From the NCBI GenBank assembly GCA_051294375.1, contig CM119267.1, forward strand, positions 8,831,588-8,850,666: 19,079 nt of DNA, written 5' to 3'. Positions within the stretch are counted from its first letter, which is position 1. Every line of letters begins with the position of its first letter. The notes beneath the pieces are model-generated. The model was given only the letters and a program-made list of their open reading frames with translations, made no database searches and had not been told where the DNA came from. Positions 1 through 11,956 of the stretch are shown piece after piece. A program made the translations under genes and the position numbers. The DNA is from Paraspadella gotoi. Its lineage: Eukaryota > Animalia > Chaetognatha.

Positions 1-135
1 TTTTTTTTTCTCTTTTGCGCCTAAATTTGTTCCCCCTTGCCTCCCCGCAGTTCTTAGTCTCGTACGAACATCAACTAACGAAAGTTGATCTTTCAAGTTA
101 AAGTTCAGTCGAGGACGCGAAAGGGGAACATATAA

Positions 136-279
136 CTGAAAAAGAAACAAGAAATTGTCGGAGAGATGAAAAAAATCTTTGGAATGAAAGAGAATGAATA
201 TTTTGAAAATGAGACCGAGAAAAAAAACCTGAACGAAAAAGAACAAATTACCCAAGATTCAACGTACATGTACTACTGA
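136..279 (+). CDS. Probable terminal exon of an unidentified gene entering from the left
   Basis: Open frame ...EIVGEMKKIFGMKENEYFENETEKKNLNEKEQITQDSTYMYY ending TGA TAA, followed by AT-rich 3'-UTR-like sequence. Acceptor-like CCCCGCAG at ~43-50. No family recognised. Confidence 0.35.
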   Translation: MKKKQEIVGEMKKIFGMKENEYFENETEKKNLNEKEQITQDSTYMYY

Positions 280-419
280 TAACTAATACAAATACTTATG
301 GCTACATATTACATATAATGTACAGATCAAACGATTATCTACGTAAATTCTTTTTTTATAAATCGATAGAGAATGCGTTGAGTTTTAAAGTTTTATCTTT
401 TAATTTCTCTTTTGTCATT

Positions 420-1625
420 TTCTAAGAATTACGAGGCGGAACAAACTTTCAGAACCGTCGGCTCTTTCAAGCCGCCCGTTGCGTACGTTTCGGTTCCTCC
501 GCCAAATGTCGCCCCGGCCTTTAACCTCCCCTCCCCCCCTTTCTTTAATTGCCAAGACTCGCGCCTGCTAATCCTATTTCCTCCAGTCCCTTTTCCCGCC
601 CTTTTCTTTTACAGTACTCCCTTGCGGTCGCCAGTATCCATCGCTCCGCCCTACATCCTTTTTCCCTCTCGTCCCCGCCCTTTTTCCTCGTCCTCTTCCT
701 CGTCCTCCCCGCTCTTCTTGCTCCCCCCTCCCCCCCCATTCCCTCCTCCCCCCTGCAACGTCGTCTCCGTCGTCCCAGTGGCCCATAAAATTTCCGTTTT
801 GGCCCAGACGTTCGCCCTATTTCATCCTTCCGTTTTATGGCGCGGTCTCGCTGTTTTTAAGGCTTCATGAGGCTCCTGAATTCTCTTCCATTATAAATTC
901 ATAAATCAGCCTGTTTTGGCCCGAGCGACCTCTCGCCGCGGTTTGCGCGTGGGAAAGGAGCGTAACCCCGGCTGAGGGTGTGAAGTGTCTGGGCGAGGGG
1001 CGTCATGCGATCAGCAGGAAAGAGAGAGATAAAGAAGAAGAAAAATAAGACCGGGTAAAGGCCGGGCCGCCCCAGGGGTTCTCTCTCTTGGGCCATAATC
1101 GATTAATATTTTTTTCGTTCAAAAACTGGCGGAAAAAAATGTGTTTTCATTACGTTCGGTTTTTCATTTTATACTTAGTGGGGAAGAGGAAAGAAGAGCG
1201 ACGGGGGGTGGGGGGGGAGGGGGGGGGGGGTAGAGAGACGAGAGAGAGAGAGAGAGGAGAGAAGAGAGAGAGAGAGAGAGTGTGTGGTGGTTGTATGTCT
1301 CCCTCTGTTCTCGTTACTGGCGACCTCCTTTCGTACGTAATCCGCACGTCCCCCCGCGAGGTTCCAGTATCCCGTTTTGTGTTTCGTCGGCGTTCGGCGA
1401 TCGCGCCGCTTTGTCGAAACCGAACGTGTGAGGTGCTCGGCATTGATGGTTAAAACAGTCCGGCACCTCACGCGTCACCCTGCAAATTGCATTCGGCGCC
1501 GCATCGAATTCTCTGGGCCAATGCACAGATCAGTGACGGTTTAAACGCTGCTGCTGTGATTGCGTTTCCGCCGAAAACCTGCTGCGCGCCGGGGGAAAGG
1601 ATTTCTGACTCGGAGGAGTAAAACG
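420..1625 (-). CDS. Probable frameshifted multi-exon gene of unknown function with an acidic/Gly-rich low-complexity segment
   Basis: GC-rich coding-like blocks (~420-1015, ~1295-1625) are separated by AT-rich or (AG)n spacer. The minus strand gives E/D/G-rich runs (GAGGACGAGGAAGAGGACGAG). No continuous frame; boundaries approximate. Confidence 0.25.
1230..1280. repeat. (AG)n microsatellite next to a G-run
   Basis: Imperfect GAGA tract read directly. Confidence 0.9.
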
Positions 1626-2122
1626 CGACGACTCGTGAAATCCTTTTCCCTTTTGTTCGAGAAATGATAAATTTGAGGATTTTTTTTTTTTTTTTTTGAG
1701 TGCCAAAGATTAAACTTTATTTTAAAAGGAAATAATTTAAGTCACCTATGCTGTTTCTTGTACTTCAACTTTTTAGACGCCGACTTACAAACTATTGTCA
1801 ATTTCGTCTCAGTAGTTCTTTTAAACGGTTTTACCGTCGAAAAAAGAAAAGGAAATATTTCTATTCGTTGAGAAAAGCAAATTATTTCCGTAATTCATTT
1901 CTCTATCTGAATATTTATTCAACCGTCAAATCTATTTTCAGAGGCTTTAAAACTCGCACGAAAGCCACGAGTGAAAAACACAACGCGAAGCTCTCATTTG
2001 ATTCAATAAATAAAAAAAAATCCTCGGCGCGAAAATTTGATACGATTTCTCGGTAAAATTCTGCAAATTCGATAAAGTACAAAATATTTTTCGCGTTTGC
2101 GAAATTGTCAAGAGTCGTGAGG

Positions 2123-2281
2123 TTCTTTCAGTTTTCTTTCAGTTTCTTTTCAGTTTTTCTTTCAGTTTCAGTTTCTTTCAGTTTCTTTCAGTTTCAGTTT
2201 CTTTTCAGTTTTTCTTTCAGTTTTCTTTCAGTTTTCTTTCAGTTTTCTTTCAGTTTTTCTTTCAGTTTTCTTTCAGTTTTC
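2123..2281. repeat. Minisatellite, about 15 copies of ~11-bp TTTTCTTTCAG
   Basis: Direct tandem units T(3-5)CTTTCAG with a few truncated TTTCAG units. Confidence 0.95.
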
Positions 2282-3879
2282 ACGGTCGTCAATTTTCATG
2301 AATTTTCTACTGTGTGACTTGTCGTTGCCATGACTCCCTGCCAACTTGAGCGAAATTAAAGATTTACCATTGATCAGATTCTAAATTCTGAAATGAGATA
2401 AAGTTCATATTTAATTTTTTAAATCTAGGTTAATTCGCATCACAAAAAAAATTTAATATTAATATTAAGTATTCTTTTAAAGGTACCTACGGCTACAGGC
2501 ACAACCTTGCCTCAGCCACTGGTTTCTATTTCCTTAAAAATATCCTTTCTTTTTTCCCAAATTCGCTTGGAACAGAAAAAATTGACGAAATCAAATCAAG
2601 AGAAAAATTGAACGATAAATCTGATTTGTCTCATTTCGACCCATTTTTCATTTCACCAAAAATTTATCAAATTCGGGAAAGAAACAAAGAGATAAAAAAA
2701 AAACTGGTGAAAAAAATACGATTTTTCTTAAAATTGTTGAAGAAAACAAATCTTGTGGGAAAAAAATACCAGATTTGCCGGCAAATAAGGAAATCTTATT
2801 CCTATTCTACGTTATATCAAATTTGAATTTAGTTTTTTTCTCGTGGTTTTTGAGATATATAAAAATTATATATATATATAAAATACTTGTTTAAAGTTCT
2901 TTGCCCACCCAGTCCTCAAGTTGCAAGTTGTCAAGTTGTCCATGAAATAGGTCTGAGAGATCATGACCTCCTCAGCCCTCCAACCCACAACCTCGACTTC
3001 ACAGAATGATGATCCCAATTATTCTCCGATTTTTCCCGCAGTTGGTTCCATTTGCGGCCAATGAGTTTTTTCAAGGGCAACGAGGTTTTGACCTTGATGA
3101 TGATAGAGGCTTCGCGTGTGAGTCTCACGGGTCGTTTCATTCTTCTCGATCGGAGCTAATTTTTGCCGAGGAATTCTCGTAACCTTTTTTTTTCTATTTT
3201 GTGCGCACCCTAATGTACTCAAACACGCCCACGCGTCCACATAAACCCTGAATGCCTCCACGCCCACTTAGCTCCCCTTTCATCCCGACTCCCTCCAAAA
3301 AACCCTTTCACTGCCTCCCCCCCCTTTTTTTTCCGGTTCAAAAATCACGTGACGAGCCAGAGATCTTTCTTTCTTTCTTTTTTTATTTTCATTTTTAAAA
3401 TTTTTTTTCTCCCTCCTTTTCCGTTTTTCAGTGGAAAGTGAGAGTGATTCCTTTGAGATTCGCGCGGCTTATTTCCTTTTTTTGAAGATTGCGATCCGGG
3501 GGGATTCGCGGAAATGATCCTCTCGCTCTCTCTCTCTCACCCTCCCACTCTGTCTCTATCGCTCTTCCTCCCACTATGTCTCTCTCTCTCTCACTCTTAT
3601 CTTTTTTCTCTCTTCTACTTCACCCTTTTTCTATCTCACTCCATTTACCCACCTAAAAAAAGGTCCAACTTTCGTTCAATTTGAGTTGTTTTTTTTATCA
3701 TTTTTTTTCTTTAAAAGTTTTACTCATTCTTTTAGTTTTCTAGGTTCCCAAGTTGGACCCCAACCCATACCCCAAATTTGGGATCATCCCATCTTCTTGA
3801 ATCTTCCTGCCCACTCCCGATATTCCTTCTCTCTCCTCAACCTTCTCCGCTCTTCATAAGGCGAACACGGTCTCTGTCT

Positions 3880-3962
3880 GCGCTCTCTCTTCTCTCTCTC
3901 TCTCTCTCTCTCATCTCTCATCTCATCTCTCTCTCTCTCCTCTCTCTCTCCTCTCCTCTCAC
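3880..3962. repeat. (CT)n microsatellite
   Basis: Imperfect CT tract; similar tracts at ~3520-3640 and ~4080-4128. Confidence 0.9.
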
Positions 3963-4369
3963 TCGCTCATTCCGTGCAAAATCCTTTTTTTCTTTTCTCT
4001 TTTTAAACGATTTATTCTCTATACCCTTTTAAAATTTCAAATTCAGGCGTTTTCTTTACTTAGCCGCTTTTATCTTTTCTTTCTTTCTCTCTCTCCTCGT
4101 CCTTTCTCTCTCTTTCTCTCTCTCTCCCTGGAAAAAAGAAAAAGTAGAGAAGAAGCATCTGGTCGGCGGATTTTTATTTTTATTTTCGCATTTTGAGAGG
4201 AAAAAGAGTTTATCTCTCGAGTTTTTATATTTTCTCGCGAGGCTTCTTTGGAATCTTACGTTATACTAAAAAATACTAGAGGAATATTATTTCCGAGACG
4301 TCAGATAAGCGAACCAACGTTTCGTTAGCTAAAATCTCTCTCATTAAGATAACCTTTATCTCCTTTTCC

Positions 4370-6079
4370 CGTTACGAATGTTCTTCCGGCGATGTTTTCC
4401 CATCGCCTTCCCAACTGTGCTTACAATTCCCCGACGCCGATTTTGTCGCTCAACTGCGTCCGCGTCTCTGACGTCTCCAACGGAAATACTTCGCCTTTTG
4501 TTTTCTCCGGTGACAACCGGCTGCAGCCGTCATTTCCGCCGCCGCAGCTGCAGCGGTTGCCGAAACGTCGAAGCCGTTATCTTCGCCGACGAATGTCTTA
4601 TCTCGCAGGGTTCGTGGTAATTCGTCAAACTCGTCAAATAAGGATTTTATTTTGTTACTTTTGTTTTCTCGAAGACATATATATTTCGAAATAGACCGTT
4701 TTCAATCCGTTACCATTTCTTAAAAACATCTGCGGTTGTATTCATTTTGTCTTTCGATTAATCTTAATCCTTAATCTGCCTTGACTGCATCGTCTTTATT
4801 CCCATATCAACCTTGATCGCATCCCTCTTGTCCCGTTCTGTTTTGACTGCATCATTTTCCTTCCCAAATGTTGACTGCATTGTCCCGAGATTTCATTCGC
4901 CTCTTCGGTCGTGACCGAGTTACTTCTAGTTACTTCGACTTCTACTCTCCATAAGTTTTCATTGTTTATCGCTCCCTCGCTCCAAACTTCTCCCCAGCCG
5001 CTCGGTTCTCTCCCCCCCCTCGGGCCTCCTCCCCTGCTGTGTCCTGCGTTTCGCCCTCGTTAATCCTCCGCCCTTCTCTTCCAGATTGTCGTCCCCATCT
5101 CTTTTCCTCCTTCATCTTTCCCTCCTATTTCTCCCTCCGGTGCCACGCTCGAGTTTCCAAAGTCATTTTTCTTCTCGGGAGATTTCCGGTATTTCTCCCC
5201 TCTCCTTTCTTCTCTTTCTCCTCTCCTTCCTCTCTTCCTTCTCCTTCCTCTCCTCCCTCTCATTCTCTCCTCCCCTCGCTCTGCCCTCCCCTCCTCCCCC
5301 TCTTCGACTTCGCGCCGAATTTCGCAATTAAGCGCCCACGGATCCTCGGGGGAAAGGCGTCCGTCGCGACTCTGTCGGAGCTCTTCTCTTTCTTCTTCTT
5401 CCTTCTTTCTTCTTCCTCTTCTTCCTTCTTTTTTCTTCTTTCTTCTTCTTCTTCCGTCTTCTTCTTCCTCTGGTTTTCTCTTCTGCTTCCCTCTTCCGTC
5501 CTCCTTTTCCATTCCTTTTTTACTTTCTTTATTCCGTCGCACGAGTGACAAACTTCCTTCTCTGTGCTACTGATCCCTCACGCCATTTTCCTTTTTCCCG
5601 GTTTGCTCTCTCTCTCTCCTCTCTCATCTCGTCTCTCCTCTCTCTCTCTCCTCTCTCCTCTCTCCTTGCTCTCTCTCTCTCTCTTCTCTCTCTCTCTTCT
5701 CTCTCTCCCTCTCTTCTCTCTCTCTCTTCTCTCTTGTTCGTCTGTTCACTCACTTTTTCTCGACTCAATTTCCTGCCTTTTCCTTCCTCAATCTCTTTTT
5801 TTCTTCTTTTCTTTCTTTCTTTTTCCTTCCACTCCCTTTTAAAGAATTTTTCTCCTCCGGAGACGACTTAACCCTTCATCTTTACTATGTTCCCCGTTGA
5901 AGATGATTCATCAAAAATGTGCATCTCCTGTAAGAGAAAACGGTTAATTTGTGTTGATGTTGCGTTTTTTTTTGTATATTACAATTACTTTCTTTTTCCC
6001 GGCCACAGGATCCAGTCATTTTTTCGTTTGCATCGCATTCGAAGGCTTTCCTATTTATTCTTTTTGAATTTTTGTTCAT
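4370..6079 (-). CDS. Multi-exon gene for a low-complexity Glu/Arg/Lys-rich protein (copy 1), frameshifted in this assembly
   Basis: ATG at 6079 (MNKNSKRINRKAFECD...). Canonical 61-nt intron 5988-5928 (GTAATT...TTTTCTCTTACAG), then long purine-rich E/R/K tracts. The 5' part is conserved in the second copy at 17368-18258. The 3' end is uncertain. Confidence 0.45.
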
Positions 6080-7250
6080 TCTAATTGAATATCATTTAGA
6101 AATTAGGGTAAAATTACTTCGTCCTTAAACAAATGGATAATTTATATTGATCGTAACCAAATTGTTTAACGTTATAAATCTAACAGTCGTGAGAGTCTTA
6201 TTCTTATATTTATATATATCTAGTCGTTCACCTTATTGTTCTCATTCTGTCACAGAGTCAATTTGATTCCTTTCCATTTTCTCTCTCCTACATAAATTAA
6301 ATTCAAAACACACGACTACATGTTATACTATACCGGAGCGACGAGTCTGTCATCGAAATAACTATCTCCTAATTAGATTATTGGAAACTTCGAACTACAG
6401 GAGATTTTTGTAAGCTGTTTATTTTCGAGTCCTGCACGTCCGAGTAATAAAGGAGATACGACAAGAGTTATGAGCGCGCGCCTATTTTAGAAATGCAACA
6501 CACGAAAAGCGAGTGGCCTTCGGAGTACTTGTGAGATAAAACGAAAAGCGTGATCTCTCTGGAGGGAACGCGAGAGGAAAAAATATAAACTGTGTATTGT
6601 GAGTATGGGTAGACTCCTTTATTTAAATTGAAATGATAGCAACTCTGATCTTTGCGGAGAGAGTACAAGAGCGGACATTGAGTTAAGTGTCAGACTCACA
6701 GTAGACGCTTTTTCTAGTGTACGTAAGCCAGATGGTAAGAGAGTTCTAGCTGGAGAGGGCAGAGGAAGAGATTTACTTGTCATCCCAGAGAGATACAAGA
6801 TACAGAGAAGCAGCTATAAAAAAAGAGAAAAGAGAGAGAGAATAGAAAGTACCGAGCCGAGCTCACATAAGAGAGAGGAATCATAGTTTATAAGTAATCT
6901 AGAATTAGGCATTGATGAAAACAAGGAAGAAAAAATAAAGGTAGAAGTACTGGCCATTATACACCCCAAACAGCAATCTCTCCACTATTCTTTTCTAAAA
7001 CATAGCATTGGGTTACCCTTCCAGACATGAATATCGGTTAAAACGCATGAGTTCATTACAGAATCGAGTCATCAGAAAGATGATAGATCAAGAAGATAAT
7101 TCTAATCACCTTCTTAAATGTGATCTAGGTTGCATCGGCTATATCACAAAGAATAAAAAGAAAACGATTCGCATAATAGAATCACGATTCCGGATCGGAT
7201 ACGAGTCCAGAGAGCATGTCGAGCGTCGCCCCATCGGCCACCGCCTCTTC
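5285..7250 (+). repeat. Copy 1 of a long direct duplication (partner 17368-19079)
   Basis: Collinear shared anchors include AATTTCGCAATTAA...CCACGGATCCTC, CATCAAAAATGTGCATCTCC, CTTCGTCCTTAAACAAATGGATAATTT, TTATTTAA(A)TTGAAATG and AAAAAATAAAGGTA. Beyond ~6300 this copy is heavily peppered with insertions, so the right end is approximate. Confidence 0.85.
5605..5735. repeat. (CT)n/(AG)n microsatellite, probably coding ER/RE repeats on the minus strand
   Basis: Long imperfect CT tract; the equivalent position in the duplicate copy is the 196-N gap. Confidence 0.9.
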
Positions 7251-7559
7251 CCTCTCCACCCCCACCCCACCACTTCTCGGCGACGCTGCCATCTCTAGTT
7301 GCAATGACGCGATCAAGTTGTTTATTTCCAGGTAAAGCCAAAAGAAAAAAAGAAAGCGCGATTATTTTTTTTCGGCGTTAACATTTTCCACAAAGCTTGG
7401 AAATATCGCATCAGCCTGCTTTCCCGGAACTTCGCGGCATGAACGTACGTATTGCGGTGCTTACAGTAAAAAGAAAAAAATGATTGGTCATGTAGATGGG
7501 TAAAAAGCCAAAGTGAAGCGCGCCGGTTTCTGTGTTTTGTATGGATTCATGATGTAATT

Positions 7560-8000
7560 CGGTATTCGTGTAATCGGGCTAGAGCCAGTCGTCGCGAGAA
7601 GTGAGTGTCTCCTGTGCTGCAATTCTCTCTCCTATAGCGGATTTCCGCTGCGGTCTGTCGCTAAGGCAACTGTCACGGCCTCTCTCCTCCAGGCCCATGT
7701 GCATGAAATGGTTGCTTCAAATCTCTTAAGACTTTCCGAGTGACAAAGAATTCATTATCCAATAAGAGGAAAAAAAGAAAATCCATTATGTATGTTCTCT
7801 CTATTTTTTTTTTTTTTTTTTGTCTCTCTAAGTGTGACGCGAGCTTTCTTGTTTTTGACGCGCGGAGCGTTCGCCTCCGTTGTTTGTATTTTAAAACATT
7901 TTCTATTCCGTCTTCCTCCGGTACCTCCATCGCATAGTTAGTATACACTTATTACAGAAGTGTGATACGCCCTTCGTGTAGAGTGTTACGAATAGAAGAC
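7560..8000 (-). CDS. Probable small spliced gene of unknown function
   Basis: Protein-like segments (YAMEVPEEDGIENVLKYKQRR; DNEFFVTRKVLRDLKQPF) are separated by an intron-like block ending in a pyrimidine tract on the minus strand. Confidence 0.25.
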
Positions 8001-8499
8001 AAGGGAAAAAAAAGAGATTATTTTCTATTTGGTTTGTCCTAATGTGGGGGCCAATTGTACGTTTATATGTGGGTCTGACGGTAGTGTTAGGGGGAGGGGG
8101 GAACAGAGATTTGATATTTGAACTAAAGATCGAATGTTTGAAGAATTTTTTTTTTTTTTTTCGCTTATCAAGATTTTTTCAGCGTGAGACAGCGCCGCGT
8201 TTTTTTTTATTATTGTTGTTTTAATTACTTCGCAAAAGAGCTTTATTGGTAGCGTGCGGATTGGAGTCATGTATTAGTTATGTGATTTATGTCTCATCGT
8301 CTGAGTGCAAATTGGTATTGACGATGGTATAAACCTATCTCGGCTGAGGAACGCGAAGAAGCAGGAAGATGAGAAGCGGAAAAGTGAAGAGCGGTAAGAT
8401 GAAGAGCGGAAAAAAAGAATTTAAGGGTTTATTTCGATCGGATCGATGTGTTTTTTTCTTCTTTGCTTCGCGCGCTTAAGGATTGGTTTCGATCGTGGC

Positions 8500-10246
8500 C
8501 GAGCAACGCAGATGCGGGCGACGAAGCGACGACGGGCGTGGGCCGGAAGACAGCCGCCGCTGAACTTTGGAACCATGTGTTTTGAGTAGAGGAATAGAAA
8601 AAGCTGATAAGCCGGTGGGTACGGTGCGTAACAAACCGCGAAAGGTGCTGATAGAGACTTAGAGTGGAACACGTGAGGATTTAGAGGGATAAGTAAGGAA
8701 AGCAAGCTGCGTTGAGAGAAGATGTGCGGATAAAAGTTGCGGGAAAATGAGGATGAGTGAGTTGTGGTCGCGCGGTCGTCGACGTCGTCATCGGGGTCAA
8801 TCCGTGATTCGGGTGTTGGTCTTCTGTACGAAAGTGTGGGCGGGAAAACGCTGACCAAGCGCGGTGGAGTTTGTCGGTACTGCTCTCTCTGCATCTTCTG
8901 CTCTCTCTCTCTGTGCCGACGAGGTCTGAGCGAATCTCTTCTCGTCATCTCTCTCGTCTCATCTCTCTCTCTCTCTCGGTCAACAGAACTATTTCACCGA
9001 CCCTCACTGTCCCCAATCATTTTGTTTGGTCTGCTGCATTGTGCGGTCTATCATTATTCGATGAATGCCGCCCAGTCCCAATCGACGCCGGATAGCAGCC
9101 CCAACCTGACGAAACGCGAACCGGACCTATATATCATAAACTATTGAAGACATGTGCTTTGAGAATATTAAGTGCCACTGTCATTGATGAGGGAAGCCAG
9201 GTACTCTGGGGAGTGATTTAAACGAGACTGGTGAGAGAGTGCTTGAATGAGAAGCCTGAGTGCAGGGACCAATGCCTATGTCATATCCTTGTTTAAGCGA
9301 GTGATGGAGGCCTTAAACCACCAAATGCCTGTCCAGTCAGGCAAGATACGCTTGATGTATTAAAATGAATTGGAGTATTTGTTTATATTGGGTTGTACGC
9401 AAATGTTCATAAAGATGTGTTTCTGCGACGGGGGGGGTCGTGGGGATGTGGCGACGGAAGGAGAATGGACTGGCTTGACGTCGGCGGGCTGACGGGCGCC
9501 GAGCACTGGACTGCTTGGGGCGCCTGCCGTCGCAGACTGCAGCAGTCGTCCTCGACCGGCCCGTGCGTCGGTCGGTTCGACCCCGAAATTGGCGAAAGGC
9601 GCGTTCGATGCCTGAACGTCATGGACCGGTCACTGGTCGCGCGAGGGAGGGGTTGGTGCGCAAGTATGCGTAGTTGGGGGGGGGAGGTCTTAAGCCACTA
9701 ACAGAAAGAGACCGACTTATATCCCGACCTTAGTCTCTGTTGTCCCCAGCGATGTCCTGCGTAACTCGTGTAGCCGGCGTTTGATGCGCGCGCGCTCGGG
9801 TTCTCGAGCACGTAGCTTCGGTGGAGCATCGAGCCAGTGCTCCAAGTGTGCGACCTCGTCCACCTTTAACGTCTGTTATTCCCTCGTCGACGATTCTTCC
9901 TACCGACAAATCACAACAACAGCCGGGCATTCTCCCTTCGCGGTTGTCCTATGCAGCAAGTAATCAACATCATTAGAGTATAATATCGATGCGAGCGGTC
10001 TCGACCAAATCCCTCAATGCTTTTCTCCAGAGATCGATCCATAAATACAGAGTTGCGTGGGTGATGCTTTGTGATTAATGTACCGGCCTCGTATTCACCT
10101 AGCGCTCCTTCGATTGTTAGGATTCCATTCTGTGTCTGCTAGATGGATCAGTAATGGATTCTAACAGCTTACGTTCTGGCGGCGGCCCTACTCATGCAAG
10201 ATGTAAGGGGATGGACGCAAGAAGAGTGAGGTTGATGAAGCTTTAA
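8500..10246 (+). CDS. Probable F-box/leucine-rich-repeat-type multi-exon gene, frameshifted
   Basis: Fragments read by eye: AELWNHVF (F-box-like, ~8558-8582), PNLTK, MDWLDVGG, NVCYSLVDD, FSLRGCP, IDASGLDQI (LRR-like). Plus-strand introns: ~8877-8986, 9201-9414, and 9664-9733 (GTATGC...ACTAAC...CTTAG). The family assignment is inference. Confidence 0.4.
9201..9400 (+). mobile_element. ~200-bp dispersed intronic element (copy a)
   Basis: Reverse complement of 18006-18181; shared core GTGATGGAGGCCTTAAACCACCAAA(T)GCCTGTCCA. Starts at the CAG|GT donor and fills nearly the whole intron. Confidence 0.8.
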
Positions 10247-10309
10247 TAAAATAATGTCAATGATGAATTAGGGTTAATCATTCAGTAAATTTTTTTATTT
10301 TATTTTTAT

Positions 10310-10930
10310 TTTTTTGGGCAAAGCGCTTCATCCTCTTTCCTTTTTGCTGCGACCCCTTCTTACATAAATCTCCATTTCCTCCCTGGCCTGGCCTGGTGGG
10401 TGCGCTCATTCCCTTCAGGGTCTCCGATTTGCCTAAGCAACTGCCACTGGAGCACGTGTTGGCCGGGTAAATTTTGTTAAGAGGATGGTTTTTAATCTAG
10501 ACGTTAGTTTAACATTAATTAAGTAAAACAGGCGCCGGTCATCGGACTTTCGTCGCTCTCAGTGCGCTCTCTGACTTGTTCGTCATGATCGTGGACAAAG
10601 ATTTTGGAGGCGACGTTCCCAAAGGACGATTGGCGGCGCATAGCTGGCCCAAAAGGTCTGACGATGAGGTCGGAGAGTAGGGCGAGGGGCGACTTTGCAG
10701 AGGCCGGGGAATTTCTCGTGGGAGTGGCCGTGCCGGGCAAGTGGGCTGCAAAGAGAACTTTGGCAGCCGAAAGAACAAAAAAAAACTATCTTTAGCGACC
10801 TTATGTTATGTCGGGAAGCGGGTTGTAGAGAATTTTAACTGCGTCCGGGTCTGGTTGGTATGTAAGGTACTAATGCCGATTTTTGTGAAAATCGCTGGGT
10901 GTTGGGCCTGAAGTGGGTGTTGCAGGATTT
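10310..10930 (-). CDS. Small spliced gene, weakly reminiscent of mitochondrial ribosomal protein mS33/Rsm27
   Basis: Minus-strand acceptors TTCTCTTTGCAG (~10745) and ACTAACGTCTAG (~10497). Peptide fragments NVASKIF...SPMTG...YP...EEMEIYVRRGRSKK with a basic C-terminus. Resemblance is by eye only and the strand is not certain. Confidence 0.25.
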
Positions 10931-11956
10931 GTATCGTTTTAAATTTTAAGCGGTCAGTTTTGTTGTTTTTTTTTGCCGGAGTTTTTTTTTGTCTTGGGGG
11001 AGTGTTAAAGATGGATAATTTGTAACTCAGTTTGTTTTGAAAAATGTGACACGTGTTGATATTTTTTCAAATCACTATGTCAAAGAAAAGATTTTAAAAA
11101 ATCAGAAGAATCAGAGATGTTGTTTGGCGTTTTTAACTAAAGAGAGTAAAGAGTAAGGTGCTAGTAGGAAGGATTTCTAAAAATGTTAACTTTAAGTAAA
11201 ATTCCTAGAAAGTGAGGAACGAAACAAGGCATTATAGCAATGATACATTTATAGTTATAAACGGAAAAAAATTATGGAATTAAAAGCTTGTACAATTTAT
11301 GCAGTGGGTCATGATTTGTATTAATCCAAGTAAATGTTAAAATTTCAAAAACTTTTTTCTAGGGAGATTTTTTGTGAAAGAGTGTTGGATTCGTGGCATG
11401 AAAGAAGGTTGAGGAGGGATAAGGGTGTGGAGCTCTTGTTGTGAAAATGCCTTCATGTAAGTGGGGTCAGAAATGGTAAATGAAAGAAGCTATAGGGTTG
11501 TTACGCTGAAAGATGTGACCTGTAACTTAGATAGTTAATATAGTTTTGGTTTTTAAGTTGTTAACGCCAACGTTGGAGAGTGGAAAGGTATTGTGTTAGA
11601 AAATGGAGTGGTTGAGGATGCGGGTGGGTGAGGGACACTGCGGGTGACGGGGAGAAAAGGTGTGAGGAGTGGGCGGTGAGGGATGGGGCAAATTGAAGAG
11701 AAGAGCGCTAGGGTGTTTGGCATATGGTGGTGTTGCGAGTTTTGGAATAAGATAGTAACTATATAGATATATATGCCTACTGGAAATGAAATTAAAGAAA
11801 TACATAAAGGTGTTTTTGTTTACGGAAAATTAAATGTGTCACGTGATGTATGTTGTGGTTGCGAGAGGGTTTGAGCTTTGGTTAGAATTTCCGTATCAGT
11901 AACTGTTCGACTAGCGCTCTAGTAAGGAGACAGGGCGCGATCGAGCGACGGAGGAG

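Noticed and set aside
2950-3160. Coding-like block; + strand FSDFSRSWFHLRPMSF loosely like an ELMO-domain C-terminus
   Set aside because: Both strands give partial open frames and the similarity is too weak to call.
4460-4512. F-box-like SLTSPTEILRLLFS on the + strand
   Set aside because: The opposite strand reads equally well as a continuation of the minus-strand gene; unresolved.
5039-5871. Plus-strand Ser/Leu/Phe-rich ORFs (also 412-870, 2105-2317, 3778-4032, 17307-17924)
   Set aside because: Translations of pyrimidine microsatellites or antisense of purine-rich coding sequence.
7900-8000. Glutaredoxin-like start (VTLYTKGVSHFCNK) on the minus strand
   Set aside because: No intact CxxC and it needs frameshifts; cannot be supported without a search.
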